64,000 bases of DNA from Macrostomum lignano (Eukaryota), in assembly GCA_002269645.1 (NCBI GenBank), contig NIVC01000025.1:544417-608416 (forward strand), given 5' to 3'. Below, piece by piece: positions 1 through 12,000 of this stretch. Within the stretch, counting starts at the first letter, position 1. Each line of letters opens with the position of its first letter. The notes beneath the pieces are model-generated. The model did not search any database. It was not told the DNA's origin and worked only from the letters and a program-made list of their open reading frames with translations. A program made the translations under genes and the position numbers.

Positions 1-1014
1 CTTAGGCATGTACGCTTGTACGGGTACATTTAACGACAGTCTATTATCGATTTACTCTTAGACTGCATCTTTATCTGCACCTCCCAAGCACTCTGAGTCA
101 GTCCCATTCTCGCTTAATGATGTCCTTCTGCCCCACGCATTCACATGCGCCTGATCTTGTAAATAAGTTGACTAACTTGCCACCCCAATCTTTATTCACC
201 CCGGACAATTCAAGACCCAGGATATTTCAAAGCCTGATTATGTTGTGCCTTGGATTATCTGGGGTAGGTTATCGCAAAGCAACAATAATTTTGCTGTGCG
301 ATGTCCCCCGGACAAATCAAGACCCCAGTGAACAGAAAGCCTTTCCTTTTCTACCCCAATCCTACCCATGTGTAGGTGTCCCTTGAATTTTTTTCTCAAT
401 GTATTTTCCTAGTGAGAACTGAATCTCTTTTTCTCTAGGAGACAGAAAGCAGAGCTCTCAGCTATCTGCCGGTTTGCAATTTTACCGAGTACTGCAAATA
501 CCACTAGCCTACTGCAAGTAGTTTATCGCTTTAAATAACGATACTACAAGAATCTGTTATCTTTTATTGTGCCGCGCATATGGGGTTCCAATGTTCGATT
601 TCGCGATGTTTACCATTGATTTTGCACCAATTAATTCAAGCACAGAATCTGAACCCATTAAGATAAAGAAATCTTAAAGAAAATACTGCAAAGAAGAATC
701 TCTAAAGAATCAATAAAGCACAAAGCAGGCAATCAATGGGTAAGATAAGCATTTGATCTGCATTCAATGAAAAAAACGATCGTTATTTATGTGCTGAATA
801 AAAATATTTAAATTTTTTATATTATTGTAAGCAACGATGCTTCTGTTCTACTACTTACGTCGTCCTTGTGTAAGTAATATTTGCAGGGGGTCTGTGGCCA
901 CCCACGAACCAACGCTGAAGCAATTCCACTGACTTCTGAGCTCATACAAGCACTCAATACTGTACGAAGGCACATAATAATAATAATTTTATTGACTACA
1001 CCTGCCCTAAATGG

Positions 1015-1175
1015 CCGCAACTATTGCAAGCACCCACCCTCAATTGACCCAGCTGGGTGAACTCAAGCAATACAGGGTTAAAAGTCTGCTTAAGGACACG
1101 AATTGTTCCAGTGTGATCGGGAATCGAACCCCCGACCTTCAGTAGGCTACAACGCAGGCACAAACTTGGCTTAAA
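1015..1175 (-). mobile_element. tRNA-derived SINE, family B (CORE-SINE-like body)
   Basis: Reverse complement contains a B box (GGGGGTTCGATTCCC) followed by gaacaattcgtgtccttaagcag...aaccctgtattgct...cccagctggg, similar to the copy at about 11990-12170. Confidence 0.55.
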
Positions 1176-1227
1176 CAAACTCAGAATTCAAACCCTGAGA
1201 TCTCAACTTCCCCCAACCACCGTTCAG

Positions 1228-1647
1228 AATGCCGGACAGATGGTCCTGCGCAAATCGGCGGTTGCCGCGGCCACAACGGCAGCCCCGGCCTCCGAGACAG
1301 TCGCTGCGCCGCCTCTGACGTCCAAGTTTGAGAAAGGCAGCAAAACTGGCGGCACCAGTGGCGGCAGCGGTGGCGGCAATGCTGAGGCGACTTTGGCGGA
1401 GGCTGACGCTGAGCCAGACCGATCGCAGGATGACCTCGGCTGGATCTTCCGTCACAAGGACGCCATTGCGCACTGGCTCGGCCTGCATTGCGTCTGTCAC
1501 AAGTTGCCGCAACCGTCAGGCATGACTGACGCTGAGTTTGTCGACTTTCTGGCTAAGAGAATCTTCCCGATGGCGTTCCTGCTGTTCAACGCCGTCTATT
1601 GGGTCTATTACAAGGCCAGGCAGGCGGAGATGTACAACTCCGCCTGA
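1228..1647 (+). CDS. Terminal coding exon (M3-M4 loop end and M4 helix) of a Cys-loop ligand-gated ion channel subunit, probably anion-channel type; upstream exons outside the window
   Basis: Acceptor ttcag at 1223-1227 is in frame with ORF 1240..1647. The C-terminus DFLAKRIFPMAFLLFNAVYWVYY matches the D..(S/A)R..FP..F..FN..YW..Y M4 signature. Confidence 0.75.
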   Translation, partial: NAGQMVLRKSAVAAATTAAPASETVAAPPLTSKFEKGSKTGGTSGGSGGGNAEATLAEADAEPDRSQDDLGWIFRHKDAIAHWLGLHCVCHKLPQPSGMTDAEFVDFLAKRIFPMAFLLFNAVYWVYYKARQAEMYNSA

Positions 1648-1659
1648 GACTTACGAGCC

Positions 1660-2818
1660 TAATAGAATTCCTATGAAGAATTCAGTACTTAGCTAGGGAA
1701 TTCTCTATAGGAACTTAGTAGGGAATTCCCTATATGAACTAAGTACTTAGCTAGGGAATTCTCTATAGGAACTAAGTACTTAGCTAGGGAATTCTCTATA
1801 GGAACTAAGTACTTAGCTAGGGAATTCTCTATAGGAACTAAGTACTTAGCTAGGGAATTCCCTGTAGAAACTGAGTAGTTAGCTAGGGAATTCAATATAG
1901 AAACTAAGTGGTTAGCTAGGGAATTCCCTATAGGAACTCAGTAGTTAGCTAGGGAATTCTCTATAGGAACTCAGTAGTTAGCTAGGGAATTCTCTATAGG
2001 AACTCAGTAGTTAGCTAGGGAATTCTCTATAGGAACTCAGTAGTTAGCTAGGGAATTCCCTGTAGAAACTGAGTAGTTAGCTAGGGAATTCAATATAGAA
2101 ACTAAGTGGTTAGCTAGGGAATTCCCTATAGGAACTCAGTAGTTAGCTAGGGAATTACCTATAGGAACTCAGTAGTTAGCTAGGGAATTCCCTATAGGAA
2201 CTCAGTAGTTAGCTAGGGAATTACCTATATGAACTCAGTAGTTAGCTAGGGAATTCTCTATAGGAACTCAGTAGTTAGCTAGGGAATTCTCTATAGGAAC
2301 TCAGTAGTTAGCTAGGGAATTCTCTATAGGAACTCAGTAGTTAGCTAGGGAATTCTCTATAGGAACTCAGTAGTTAGCTAGGGAATTCTCTATAGGAACT
2401 CAGTAGTTAGCTAGGGAATTCTCTATAGGAACTCAGTAGTTAGCTAGGGAATTCTCTATAGGAACTCAGTAGTTAGCTAGGGAATTCTCTATAGGAACTC
2501 AGTAGTTAGCTAGGGAATTCTCTATAGGAACTCAGTAGTTAGCTAGGGAATTCTCTATAGGAACTCAGTAGTTAGCTAGGGAATTCTCTATAGGAACTCA
2601 GTAGTTAGCTAGGGAATTCTCTATAGGAACTCAGTAGTTAGCTAGGGAATTCTCTATAGGAACTCAGTAGTTAGCTAGGGAATTCTCTATAGGAACTCAG
2701 TAGTTAGCTAGGGAATTCTCTATAGGAACTCAGTAGTTAGCTAGGGAATTCTCTATAGGAACTCAGTAGTTAGCTAGGGAATTCTCTATAGGAACTCAGT
2801 AGTTAGCTAGGGAATTCC
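1660..2818. repeat. 33-bp tandem repeat (agtagttagctagggaattctctataggaactc)
   Basis: About 35 near-identical units starting just after the ion-channel stop codon. Confidence 0.95.
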
Positions 2819-3611
2819 TCGTGGCAATTTGCTGAACAAATGAAAAATCCTTATTATTGCAAAGTGTAGCTAAGTGGGAAGTCTTTTGAGTAAATCTTTT
2901 ACCCAGCAGGGGAATTCCCCTAATTAGAACTTATTTAACTGTGCAAGGAATTGAGAATTCCCCAAACCTGACTAAACCAGTCGCGCAGCAGGCTATTTAA
3001 CTGCAAATATTAACTGTCAAAATCTGTTTATTTTAAATCACGAAATGATTAAATTTACACGAATCAAGTGAGAAAAGATATACATATATTTTTAAATAAA
3101 AACTTGCTATTTACTACTAACTAATGCCTCAATAGTAGAATCAATATATATTTTTTAAAAATATTATTGCTATATTTTTAATTCAAGAATACGTAATGCG
3201 GCTAATGCACTTTTTTCGCTACTCATAGTAAGGTAGAAGTAAAAAACAGCAAAATCGCACCGTGACCGGCAAAATAATCACGATGCAGGCAAAACTTAAG
3301 GCAGATATTGATATTGCATCCAGCACATGATAATCTTAAGCACCTTGACAATCATTGTTAAACAGCTCTTACACTCTTAAATTTTCGAAAATCTACTTTA
3401 TGTGCGTTGTCTCCATTAAATAAACAACACGAATAAACAAATAAAAGCACGTAGCATGAAAAATAACTACTAAATTGACTGGTTTGATGCTTTTCATTAA
3501 ACAAATTGGATTAAATTAAACTAAAAATTATAATCCACTTTTTATAATTATAGCCGGTAGGTGTCGGTTGAAAATTTTGACAATCGAACAAACTAACTGA
3601 AAAACATGTAA

Positions 3612-3656
<45 letters not shown>

Positions 3657-3659
3657 GGC

Positions 3660-3708
<49 letters not shown>

Positions 3709-3711
3709 GGC

Positions 3712-3772
<61 letters not shown>

Positions 3773-3775
3773 GGC

Positions 3776-3844
<69 letters not shown>

Positions 3845-3847
3845 GGC

Positions 3848-3908
<61 letters not shown>

Positions 3909-3931
3909 GGTAGACAGACAGACAGACAGGC

Positions 3932-4008
<77 letters not shown>

Positions 4009-4010
4009 GG
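3612..4010. repeat. (CAGA)n microsatellite
   Basis: Direct reading; explains spurious ORFs 3511..4047 and 3528..4127. Confidence 0.97.
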
Positions 4011-4053
4011 CACAGAAGACAGCAGACAGCATGCCATCGGCAAGCATCGGCAG

Positions 4054-7000
4054 TCAGCTGGAAAAGACGTCATCAAGGTCCTCCTCCACTGCGACCTTTT
4101 CTTCTGCTGCCTCCTCTGCTGGCGCATTCTGCGATTCGGCAGCCGGACGCGCCTTCAACACCTCCAGGCGAAGATCGGCGGCCACGCGATCCCGCATCGC
4201 CGTCACCAAGCTGGCCCGCGCCGACTGGTCGGCGGCCGACTGGTCGGCGGCCGACGACCGGCGCTTCGGCCTGCGCTCCCGCTGCCAGTGCGGCAGCTCC
4301 TCGGACTGCGGCCGGAAGTACCGCTTGGCAATCCAGTCGAACAGATAGTGCAGGGCGAACACCAACGGGCTGGCGACATTGTACGGCACCGGTAGCGGCA
4401 TCAGCTGGTGATGATGCACCATGATGAAGCGCAGCATCCGTCTAGTCCTGGCATACAGCCAGCTATTGTCTTTGTCCTCTTGAATGTGCTGGAAAGTCAC
4501 AGACATCATAGCGATGAGGAGGTTGACGCAAACAACGAACCCGAGTACCATCCAGCTGGCGTACAGAATCAGACCTGAAATCGATGAGGAGATGGGTTCT
4601 GTCGTCTGAAGTGACATTGTCATTCTGCCGACTCCCCTAAGCACTGCAGGCACACAAGCGCGCGGATACGTACGCAGTCATACGCACAGGCACACACTCA
4701 CACAGGAGTGTACAGCGGCCCTAACTTTATTAACCGTTAGGCATGTACAAATCACTGTGCCCTGAACTGAGAGTTTGGCCTGTTAGGTTATTACGTAAAA
4801 TACTTTATCATCTGCAGTAAAGTTTCTGACAGTTTCTCGTAAATTGTAGTGCCCACCTCACTGTACGAGTAAACTGTGTCCCCGGCTAGTCTCGAGATGA
4901 TGGAGTCTGGGAAATTTGTTTGTGAGGCGGCCGTTTGAGGAAACATTTGGCTCCTGAGTATTAAAGTCTAAAGCAAATCTGTAGTTTTAAAGGTGCCAAA
5001 AGGTACCAAGAGGTGTCTCTATAAGGGTGTCTTCAGGTATTTTTGTGTCTACAAGAATCTATGGGTGAATATGTCTTTGGGTACCTATAGGTGTCTACAT
5101 CAGTAGCTACGAATGCCTTTTCGAGTGGTGTGTAACTTTTTCACAGAGTTGGCAAGTTATTTGTGACGTCCTTCTGGAAAGCACTCCTTTGGCTGTTGCT
5201 GGGATTACTTTTTCGTTTGGAGGTTGTGGGCGCCTTGTAAGCGGTGATGTTCATTTGCTCCAAATGTTTTTGTAATTCTCATCTTATCTGATTTAGTAAC
5301 TGTTATTATATTCTCCTTATACCAAATATTCATACAAGGAGCTGGCTGTCCTCCCGATCTGGTAATCTGGCAAATCTGGTGCCTACCGATCAGTAGGGCG
5401 AACTTCACAGCCATGAGCGGGTCAAAGTACTGCGTCCAGGTATCTCCGGCGTCCTTCAACTCGTTGTCGTCCGAATTAGTCATGCCGAACATCGCCCAGA
5501 AAAACTGGATCGCCACAGTAGAAAATGTTTTGCCAAAACCGCTGGTACCGCAGACGAAATTCCTATAGGAGTTCGTCATGGCAGTTGTGTAGGCGATGAA
5601 CACAATGAACAGGACGGAGACAAATTTCAGCACGTCTTTCATCATGCTCTGCACAGTGAGTGCCAGCACGCCCATTGTCTTCTGCCAGACAAAGACGTTT
5701 CCGAGAGAGATGTACAGGAACAGATTGCCTGTAAGCGGTGAGTGCCAGGATATGATAGAACCAATGCTAAAGGATTTTTACAATTATTGAGGTGGTTTAC
5801 CTACCAAAACCGGTGACAGAGTTCATATAGAACACAGGTTCCATGAGCAGTTGCAGCGTTGTTAGCTCGTGAGGCTGTAAAACTGTGAGGATGTCGCACA
5901 GTGAAATGGCGGACCGATTAGCCGAGCACAATGACTGCCGAAAACTGGGCATCTCCGACGTGTAGCGCTTGGCAGTCTCAAACCAGATGATGAGGAACAG
6001 CAGCGATGAGAAGTGCAGCGCGAGGCTCACGCTGAGCAGATAGTCAAACATGCTCACGTAGAACTGCCGGCCAGACATCAGACTGAGATTGTAGGCCTCA
6101 TCAATGATTCTGGCGATGATGAAGGCCAGACCAAAAGTCTGCAACTGCATATACGTGTCGCTGGAATTGAAGCAGATGATTGAGCGGACGTCGCTCGAAG
6201 ATGAAGTGTTGGCTCCGACGAACACGGCAATTAGATAAGTTACTATGGAGATCACCTCCATCAAAGCGAGAATCCGGGCCGACCGAAGGAACTTGATGAG
6301 CCGCGGATGCGGGAAGATGATGGAGATTGGCGTGAGAACTGCGAAGGCGAACGCGCAGACGAACAGCATCTTGACGAAGCCGATGACTGACCACATGTCG
6401 CCAAGGAACTCGGAGCCAGCTGAGAACTGGGCATCGACCACAGTCTGCGTCGCCCTGTGCACCACGGCTTTGTTCAGACGGAACTGCGCGAACATCAGCG
6501 TGCGGCCTGGGATGTGTGTGATTGTGCCACAGTCAGTAGACAGTAGCTCATGTGTGCCAAATACCAAGCAATTCATACCAGTACAAGTGATTTGAAAAAG
6601 TTAATAATCTGAAAGACATAATTTAACTTAACCGAGATGCTTGCTGTATCGGTTGGTGCAGTCGATGAGGTCTTCCTCAACATCGTCCAGCAGCAGTTGT
6701 CGGGCCTCGCTGTCGCTAGTCGTCTGCTCGAGCATCAGAGTCAGACAGGCGCTGATGTTTCGCTTGCTCTGCTTGTAGGCTTTCAGCAGGTTCTGCCGGA
6801 TGAGTGTCAGGCGCACGTGCACCAGCCGGGCGGCCATGCGGAGGCAGTAGGCCACCGGATCCTCGTCTAGGGCGAACACGTACAGGGGTGCCACGGCGCA
6901 CGGGTACACCTCTAGCACGTATACCTTGGTGCGGAAACACAGGCTGTGTTGCACTTCTGACTGAAGCACTCCTAGGAGATATTCTGCTTCATCTAAATTA

Positions 7001-7794
7001 TTATATGCTAAGTATGCACAGCATCTTTGGCTTGAAATTGGAATCTCGGCTTGGCTCTGCTCGTGCAGTTAACGTCTTTGAAGGCCAACCCCCAAGGCAC
7101 AGTGAAGTGTACATGCCTAACGATAAATAAAGTCAGGGCCGCTGTACACTCATGTGTGAGTGTGTGCCTGTGCGTATGACTGCGTACGTATCTGCGCGCT
7201 TGTATGCTTGCTCAGGGGAGTCGGCGGAATGGGCAGCAATGCCTCTCGCCGGTTGTGTGACAATGTCGCTTAAAGTGCACCAGGGTGCATATAGCCCCCT
7301 GTCTCTAATAAAGAAGGGCCGATGTACATCCCGTACGTACGTATCCGTGTGTGTGCACGCGCTCAGGGGGCTGCGGAGTCGACTGTCGCTCACGCATAAA
7401 TGTGCCGTAGTGCCCGAATATCCCCTGCGAATATCCCCTACGTGTGACAATGACTTAACCAACAAAGACCAACCTGATGAGACCGAGGGTCGGCCGAAAT
7501 GTTAGCGCAGATGCTGCACTCGCAACTGTCCGGGTTCCAATGGTAGAACGGCAGCCGGACGTGCAGCTCTCGCACCAGGTAGCTCACAATGGCCGGGCGC
7601 TTCTCGTTGATGGCCAGAATGAGGCAGGCCTGCCAGTTGACGGTCTCCTTGGCCACCTTGGCGACCATGATCTTGAGGTTGGCCAGCTTGTTCAACCGGA
7701 TACAGTGGCGCAGATTGGCGTCCAACAGCAGGCGGACTTTCTCTTCAATCTCCGAGTCGGCATTGGTCAGCATCTGCAGAGTGCCTGGGTCCAT
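4054..7794 (-). CDS. TRPC-like cation channel, copy 1 (5 exons, about 725 aa)
   Basis: Exons 7794-7474, 6924-6633, 6506-5805, 5728-5387, 4574-4054 (2178 nt, all GT-AG, phases consistent). Features: ankyrin-like LILAINEKRPAIVSYLV, TRP_2-like H...C.C..C, EDPVAYCLRM, pore FFWAMFG, S6 VNLLIAMM, TRP box-like SWLYART. Confidence 0.85.
4650..4770 (-). mobile_element. Fragment of SINE family A
   Basis: Reverse complement matches the SINE body at 7100-7200 (gtacatgcctaac...agggccgctgtacactc...gtgtgtgcctgtgcgtatgactgcgtacgtat). Confidence 0.6.
7020..7330 (+). mobile_element. 5'-truncated copy of tRNA-derived SINE family A
   Basis: Shares aattggaatctcggcttggctctgctcgtgca...tcgccggttgtgtgacaatgtcgcttaaagtgc with 42481-42784. 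Confidence 0.75.
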
Positions 7795-8814
7795 GGCTCA
7801 GCGCTGGTCTGTGTCCGGAGAACTTAGAAAAAAAATCTGCTAATGTGGCTCCAGTTTCAGTGCACACTTACTTAAATTCTGGATCAGTGGCCAGCGATCG
7901 ATAAAGAATTTCTTTGCTCTGCCTACAGTATGTTGCATTGCGCTGCATGGCCAAGTCTTGCTCTGAGTACAGTGACTTGTCCAACTGTACGGGAGTCGGT
8001 TAGGTGCAACAATAGAAACGAAACGATCTGCGTCCCCTCAAGCCAGAGTCTTCAACTCTTCCTGTTAGCCCGCAGTAGCGCCTTTCGCCTTCTTGGTCCG
8101 GTTTTTTATAAAATTCTCCCCCCCCCCTACTTTTCAGTCTATGCAAGCCCTGAGCAGGGGGGGGGGGGCTGTGCAAGTCAGTCAGACAGCAAGTCAAAGA
8201 ATAAAGCATAGCCACCGTATATGGCAGAGAATTTCTCACGTAAATCGATTCAGATCTGCAAAGACTGCAACAGCCAGCAATTAAGTCGAAGTTAATCTGT
8301 GCGAATAATTCTACTAAAATTAAATCTGTACTGAATCATGTTTATTTATGATACAGATACGCCACACTCAATAATGTACCGAAATGAAGAGTTAGAATTT
8401 CTAGCGAACTTGTGAAAGGCTGCAAATAAAGTAATACCGCAATTTACAACAATTACAATTACAATTTCTGTCGAGAGCCATGTCTAAAGGAGACATCTTC
8501 ATGATTAAACTAAACACAAAGAACTAAGGATCGAGAAGGACAGGTGGAAATATACGTAGAATAGTGTAACAACTCTGGATAATTGTGGGCAATTCTTTTT
8601 GAAGACCTAATTTTGATTGAAATTTATTATCAATATGGAAGTTCGTAAATTCTTTAGTATTGTTAGCACTATATAGACTATTTCTCATCATCTGAGCCAG
8701 CTTGAATATGCATCAGTGGCGGTACGCAGAGGGGACATCGGGACGTCGAGGCCACTCGACAAATGACGGGAGATTAACTTTTATCACCTCTTAAAAGCGG
8801 CATTGACCGACTTA

Positions 8815-9005
8815 AGAGACAGGGGTAGGGGCACCTAACAAGAGACAGAGGGCACCCACCAAGAGACAGAGGGCGCCCACCAAGAGACAGAGGGCACCTA
8901 ACAAGAGACAGAGGGCACCCACCAAGAGACAGAGGGCACCCACCAAGAGACAGGGGCGCCCACCAAGAGACAGAGGGCACCCACCAAGAGACAGAGGGCG
9001 CCCAC
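8815..9005. repeat. About 21-bp minisatellite (caagagacagagggcacccac)
   Basis: About 9 units downstream of the TRPC copy 2 stop; related to the 20-bp unit at 9733-11128. Confidence 0.9.
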
Positions 9006-9091
9006 AAAGACACCAAATATACATGTAGATTCGATAATACTAAAGTCCTCTGAAGGTCCTTGATCAGCAATGCATGCGACAATTCAATCGG

Positions 9092-12000
9092 TTATGAAAC
9101 GATAAACACGCTGTCAAAATAGTCTTCGTTCACTGCGGCACCTGCTGAGTCGCGCTTGTGACCCTCCTGCCCCACCGAGTTCGAAGTTGTGGAGACATGC
9201 CGCTCCAGTCGGAGGTCCGCAGCTACTCTGTCGCGCAGGAGATCCACTAATCGGCGTCGTTCAACACTCTTGGTGAGGTCGGAATGACGTTTCGGCAGCT
9301 GATTCTCTATTGGGCGTCGCAGTAAAACTGTGTTGAGCAGGTGGTGCAGGGCGAACACCAACGGACTGGCGACATTGTACGGCACCGGTAGCGGCATCAG
9401 CTGGTGATGATGCACCATGATGAAGCGCAGCATCCGTCTAGTCCTGGCATACAGCCAGCTGTTGTCTTTGTCGTCCTGGATCTTCTGGAATGTCACCGCC
9501 AGCATGGCAATCAGGAGGTTGACGCAAACAACGAATCCAAGCACCATCCAGCTGGCGTACAGAATCAGACCTGAATTTTTCAAAATTTTATAATTTAATT
9601 TATGGACTACTGTTAGTAGGACTGCCAGCTACAATCAAATGCAGTAGCATTCATGCGTACGTTTTTGAAACTTTTTTTCCAAAGTTATGAAACTTAGCCT
9701 CCTGTCAAGGGGAAGGGTGACAAGCGGCACACACAGGAGCGCCCGCTAGGAGACAGGGGCGCCCGCTAAGAGACAGGAGCGCCCGCTAGGAGACAGGGGC
9801 GCCCGCTAAGAGACAGGGGCGCCCGCTAAGAGACAGGAGCGCCTGCTAAGAGACAGGAGCGCCCGCTAAGAGACAGGGGCGCCCGCTAAGAGACAGGGGC
9901 GCCCGCTAAGAGACAGGGGCGCCCGCTAAGAGACAGGAGCGCCCGCTAAGAGACAGGAGCGCCCGCTAAGAGACAGGAGCGCCCGCTAGGAGACAGGGGC
10001 GCCCGCTAAGAGACAGGGGCGCCCGCTAAGAGACAGGGGCGCCCGCTAAGAGACAGGAGCGCCCGCTAAGAGACAGGAGCGCCCGCTAAGAGACAGGGGC
10101 GCCCGCTAAGAGACAGGGGCGCTCGCTAAGAGACAGGAGCGCCCGCTAGGAGACAGGGGCGCCCGCTAAGAGACAGGAGCGCCCGCTAAGAGACAGGGGC
10201 GCCCGCTAAGAGACAGGGGCGCCCGCTAAGAGACAGGGGCGCTCGCTAAGAGACAGGGGCACTCGCTAAGAGACAGGGGCGCCCGCTAAGAGACAGGGGC
10301 GCCCGCTAAGAGACAGGAGCGCCCGCTAAGAGACAGGAGCGCCCGCTAAGAGACAGGAGCGCCCGCTAAGAGACAGGGGCGCTCGCTAAGAGACAGGGGC
10401 GCCCGCTAAGAGACAGGGGCGCTCGCTAAGAGACAGGGGCGCCCGCTAGGAGACAGGAGCGCCCGCTAAGAGACAGGGGCGCCCGCTAAGAGACAGGGGC
10501 GCCCGCTAGGAGACAGGGGCGCCCGCTCAGAGACAGGAGCGCCCGCTAAGAGACAGGGGCGCCCGCTAAGAGACAGGGGCGCCCGCTAAGAGACAGGGGC
10601 GCCCGCCAAGAGACAGGGGCGCCCGCTAAGAGACAGGGGCGCCCGCTAAGAGACAGGAGCGCCTGCTAAGAGACAGGAGTGCCCGCTAAGAGACAGGGGC
10701 GCCCGCTAAGAGACAGGGGCGCTCGCTAAGAGACAGGGGCGCCCGCTAAGAGACAGGGGCGCCCGCTAAGAGACAGGGGCGCCCGCTAAGAGACAGGGGC
10801 GCCCGCTAAGAAACAGGAGCGCCCGCTAAGAGACAGGGGCGCCCGCTAAGAGACAGGGGCACCCGCTAAGAGACAGGGGCGCCCGCTAAGAGACAGGGGC
10901 GCCCGCTAAGAGACAGGAGCGCCCGCTAAGAGACAGGGGCGCTCGCTAAGAGACAGGGGCGCCCGCTAAGAGACAGGGGCGCTCGCTAAGAGACAGGGGC
11001 GCCCGCTAGGAGACAGGAGCGCCCGCTAAGAGACAGGGGCGCCCGCTAAGAGACAGGGGCGCCCGCTAAGAGACAGGGGCGCCCGCTAAGAGACAGGGGC
11101 GCCCGCTAAGAGACAGAGGCGCCCACCAAGACTTCTGGAAAGAGGGGCATCAAGCCTGCTGCCAAGGGATCGTCACATGCTTTGCCAGCCAATTGGGAGG
11201 GGGGAGGGGGGAGGGCGTGGCCTCCTTTCCCCAACACCCCTGATTATGCCCTTTTCTGCCGCTGTCTTCTGGCAGATGTCCAAAAACTAAAAACTTACGA
11301 GCTATAAACAAAAAACTGAAACTTGTCAAAAAGTCAAGAAATAGGCAACTGCCGCGGAAAATCCTCAAATGCCAAGAACTGAAAATAAGAATCAGTCACA
11401 AAACTGAAATTTCAAGTGCATGGCCCAGAAACCCTGGCAGGAAAAAGGCTTTTAAAATCGACACTAACTCCGTCAAACAGAGGCCCGGAACTCACCCAAG
11501 ATGCCGGTGAATTGCACCGACATCAACGGGGCAAAGTAGCTGTCCCAGGTGACCCCAGCGCCTGTAACTTTGTAGTCTGCAGCCTGGGTCATGCCGAACA
11601 TGGCCCAGAAGAACTCTATGGCCACAGAGGAGAATGTGATGCCGAATGCGCTCGAGCCGCAGGTGTAGTTCCGGTACAGGTTGGTCATGGCTGTGGTGAA
11701 TGCGATGAACACGATGAAGAGCACGCAGACGAATTTCGCCACATCTTTCATCATGCTCTGGACAGTAATAGCCAGTACGCCCATTGTCTTCTGCCAGACA
11801 AAGATGTTTCCCAGAGATATGAACAGAAATAGGTTGCCTGTAAATGCGAGCATGTCTCACTGTACTGTTGACGAATCCAGGATGTAAGTGTACATGTAAA
11901 ACTTTATCCTTTTGTGGTTATTTTTATTTAAAAAATGTCACCATCTATTATTTCATTTTTAATCTGGGACTTGTAATCTGGACTTTTTCGTGTTGTTCAG

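Noticed and set aside
7474-7500. Hammerhead ribozyme-like core (ctgatga-gaccgagggtcggc-cgaaa)
   Set aside because: No stem III with an NUH cleavage site can be formed; it is the antisense of TRPC coding sequence and is not conserved in copy 2.
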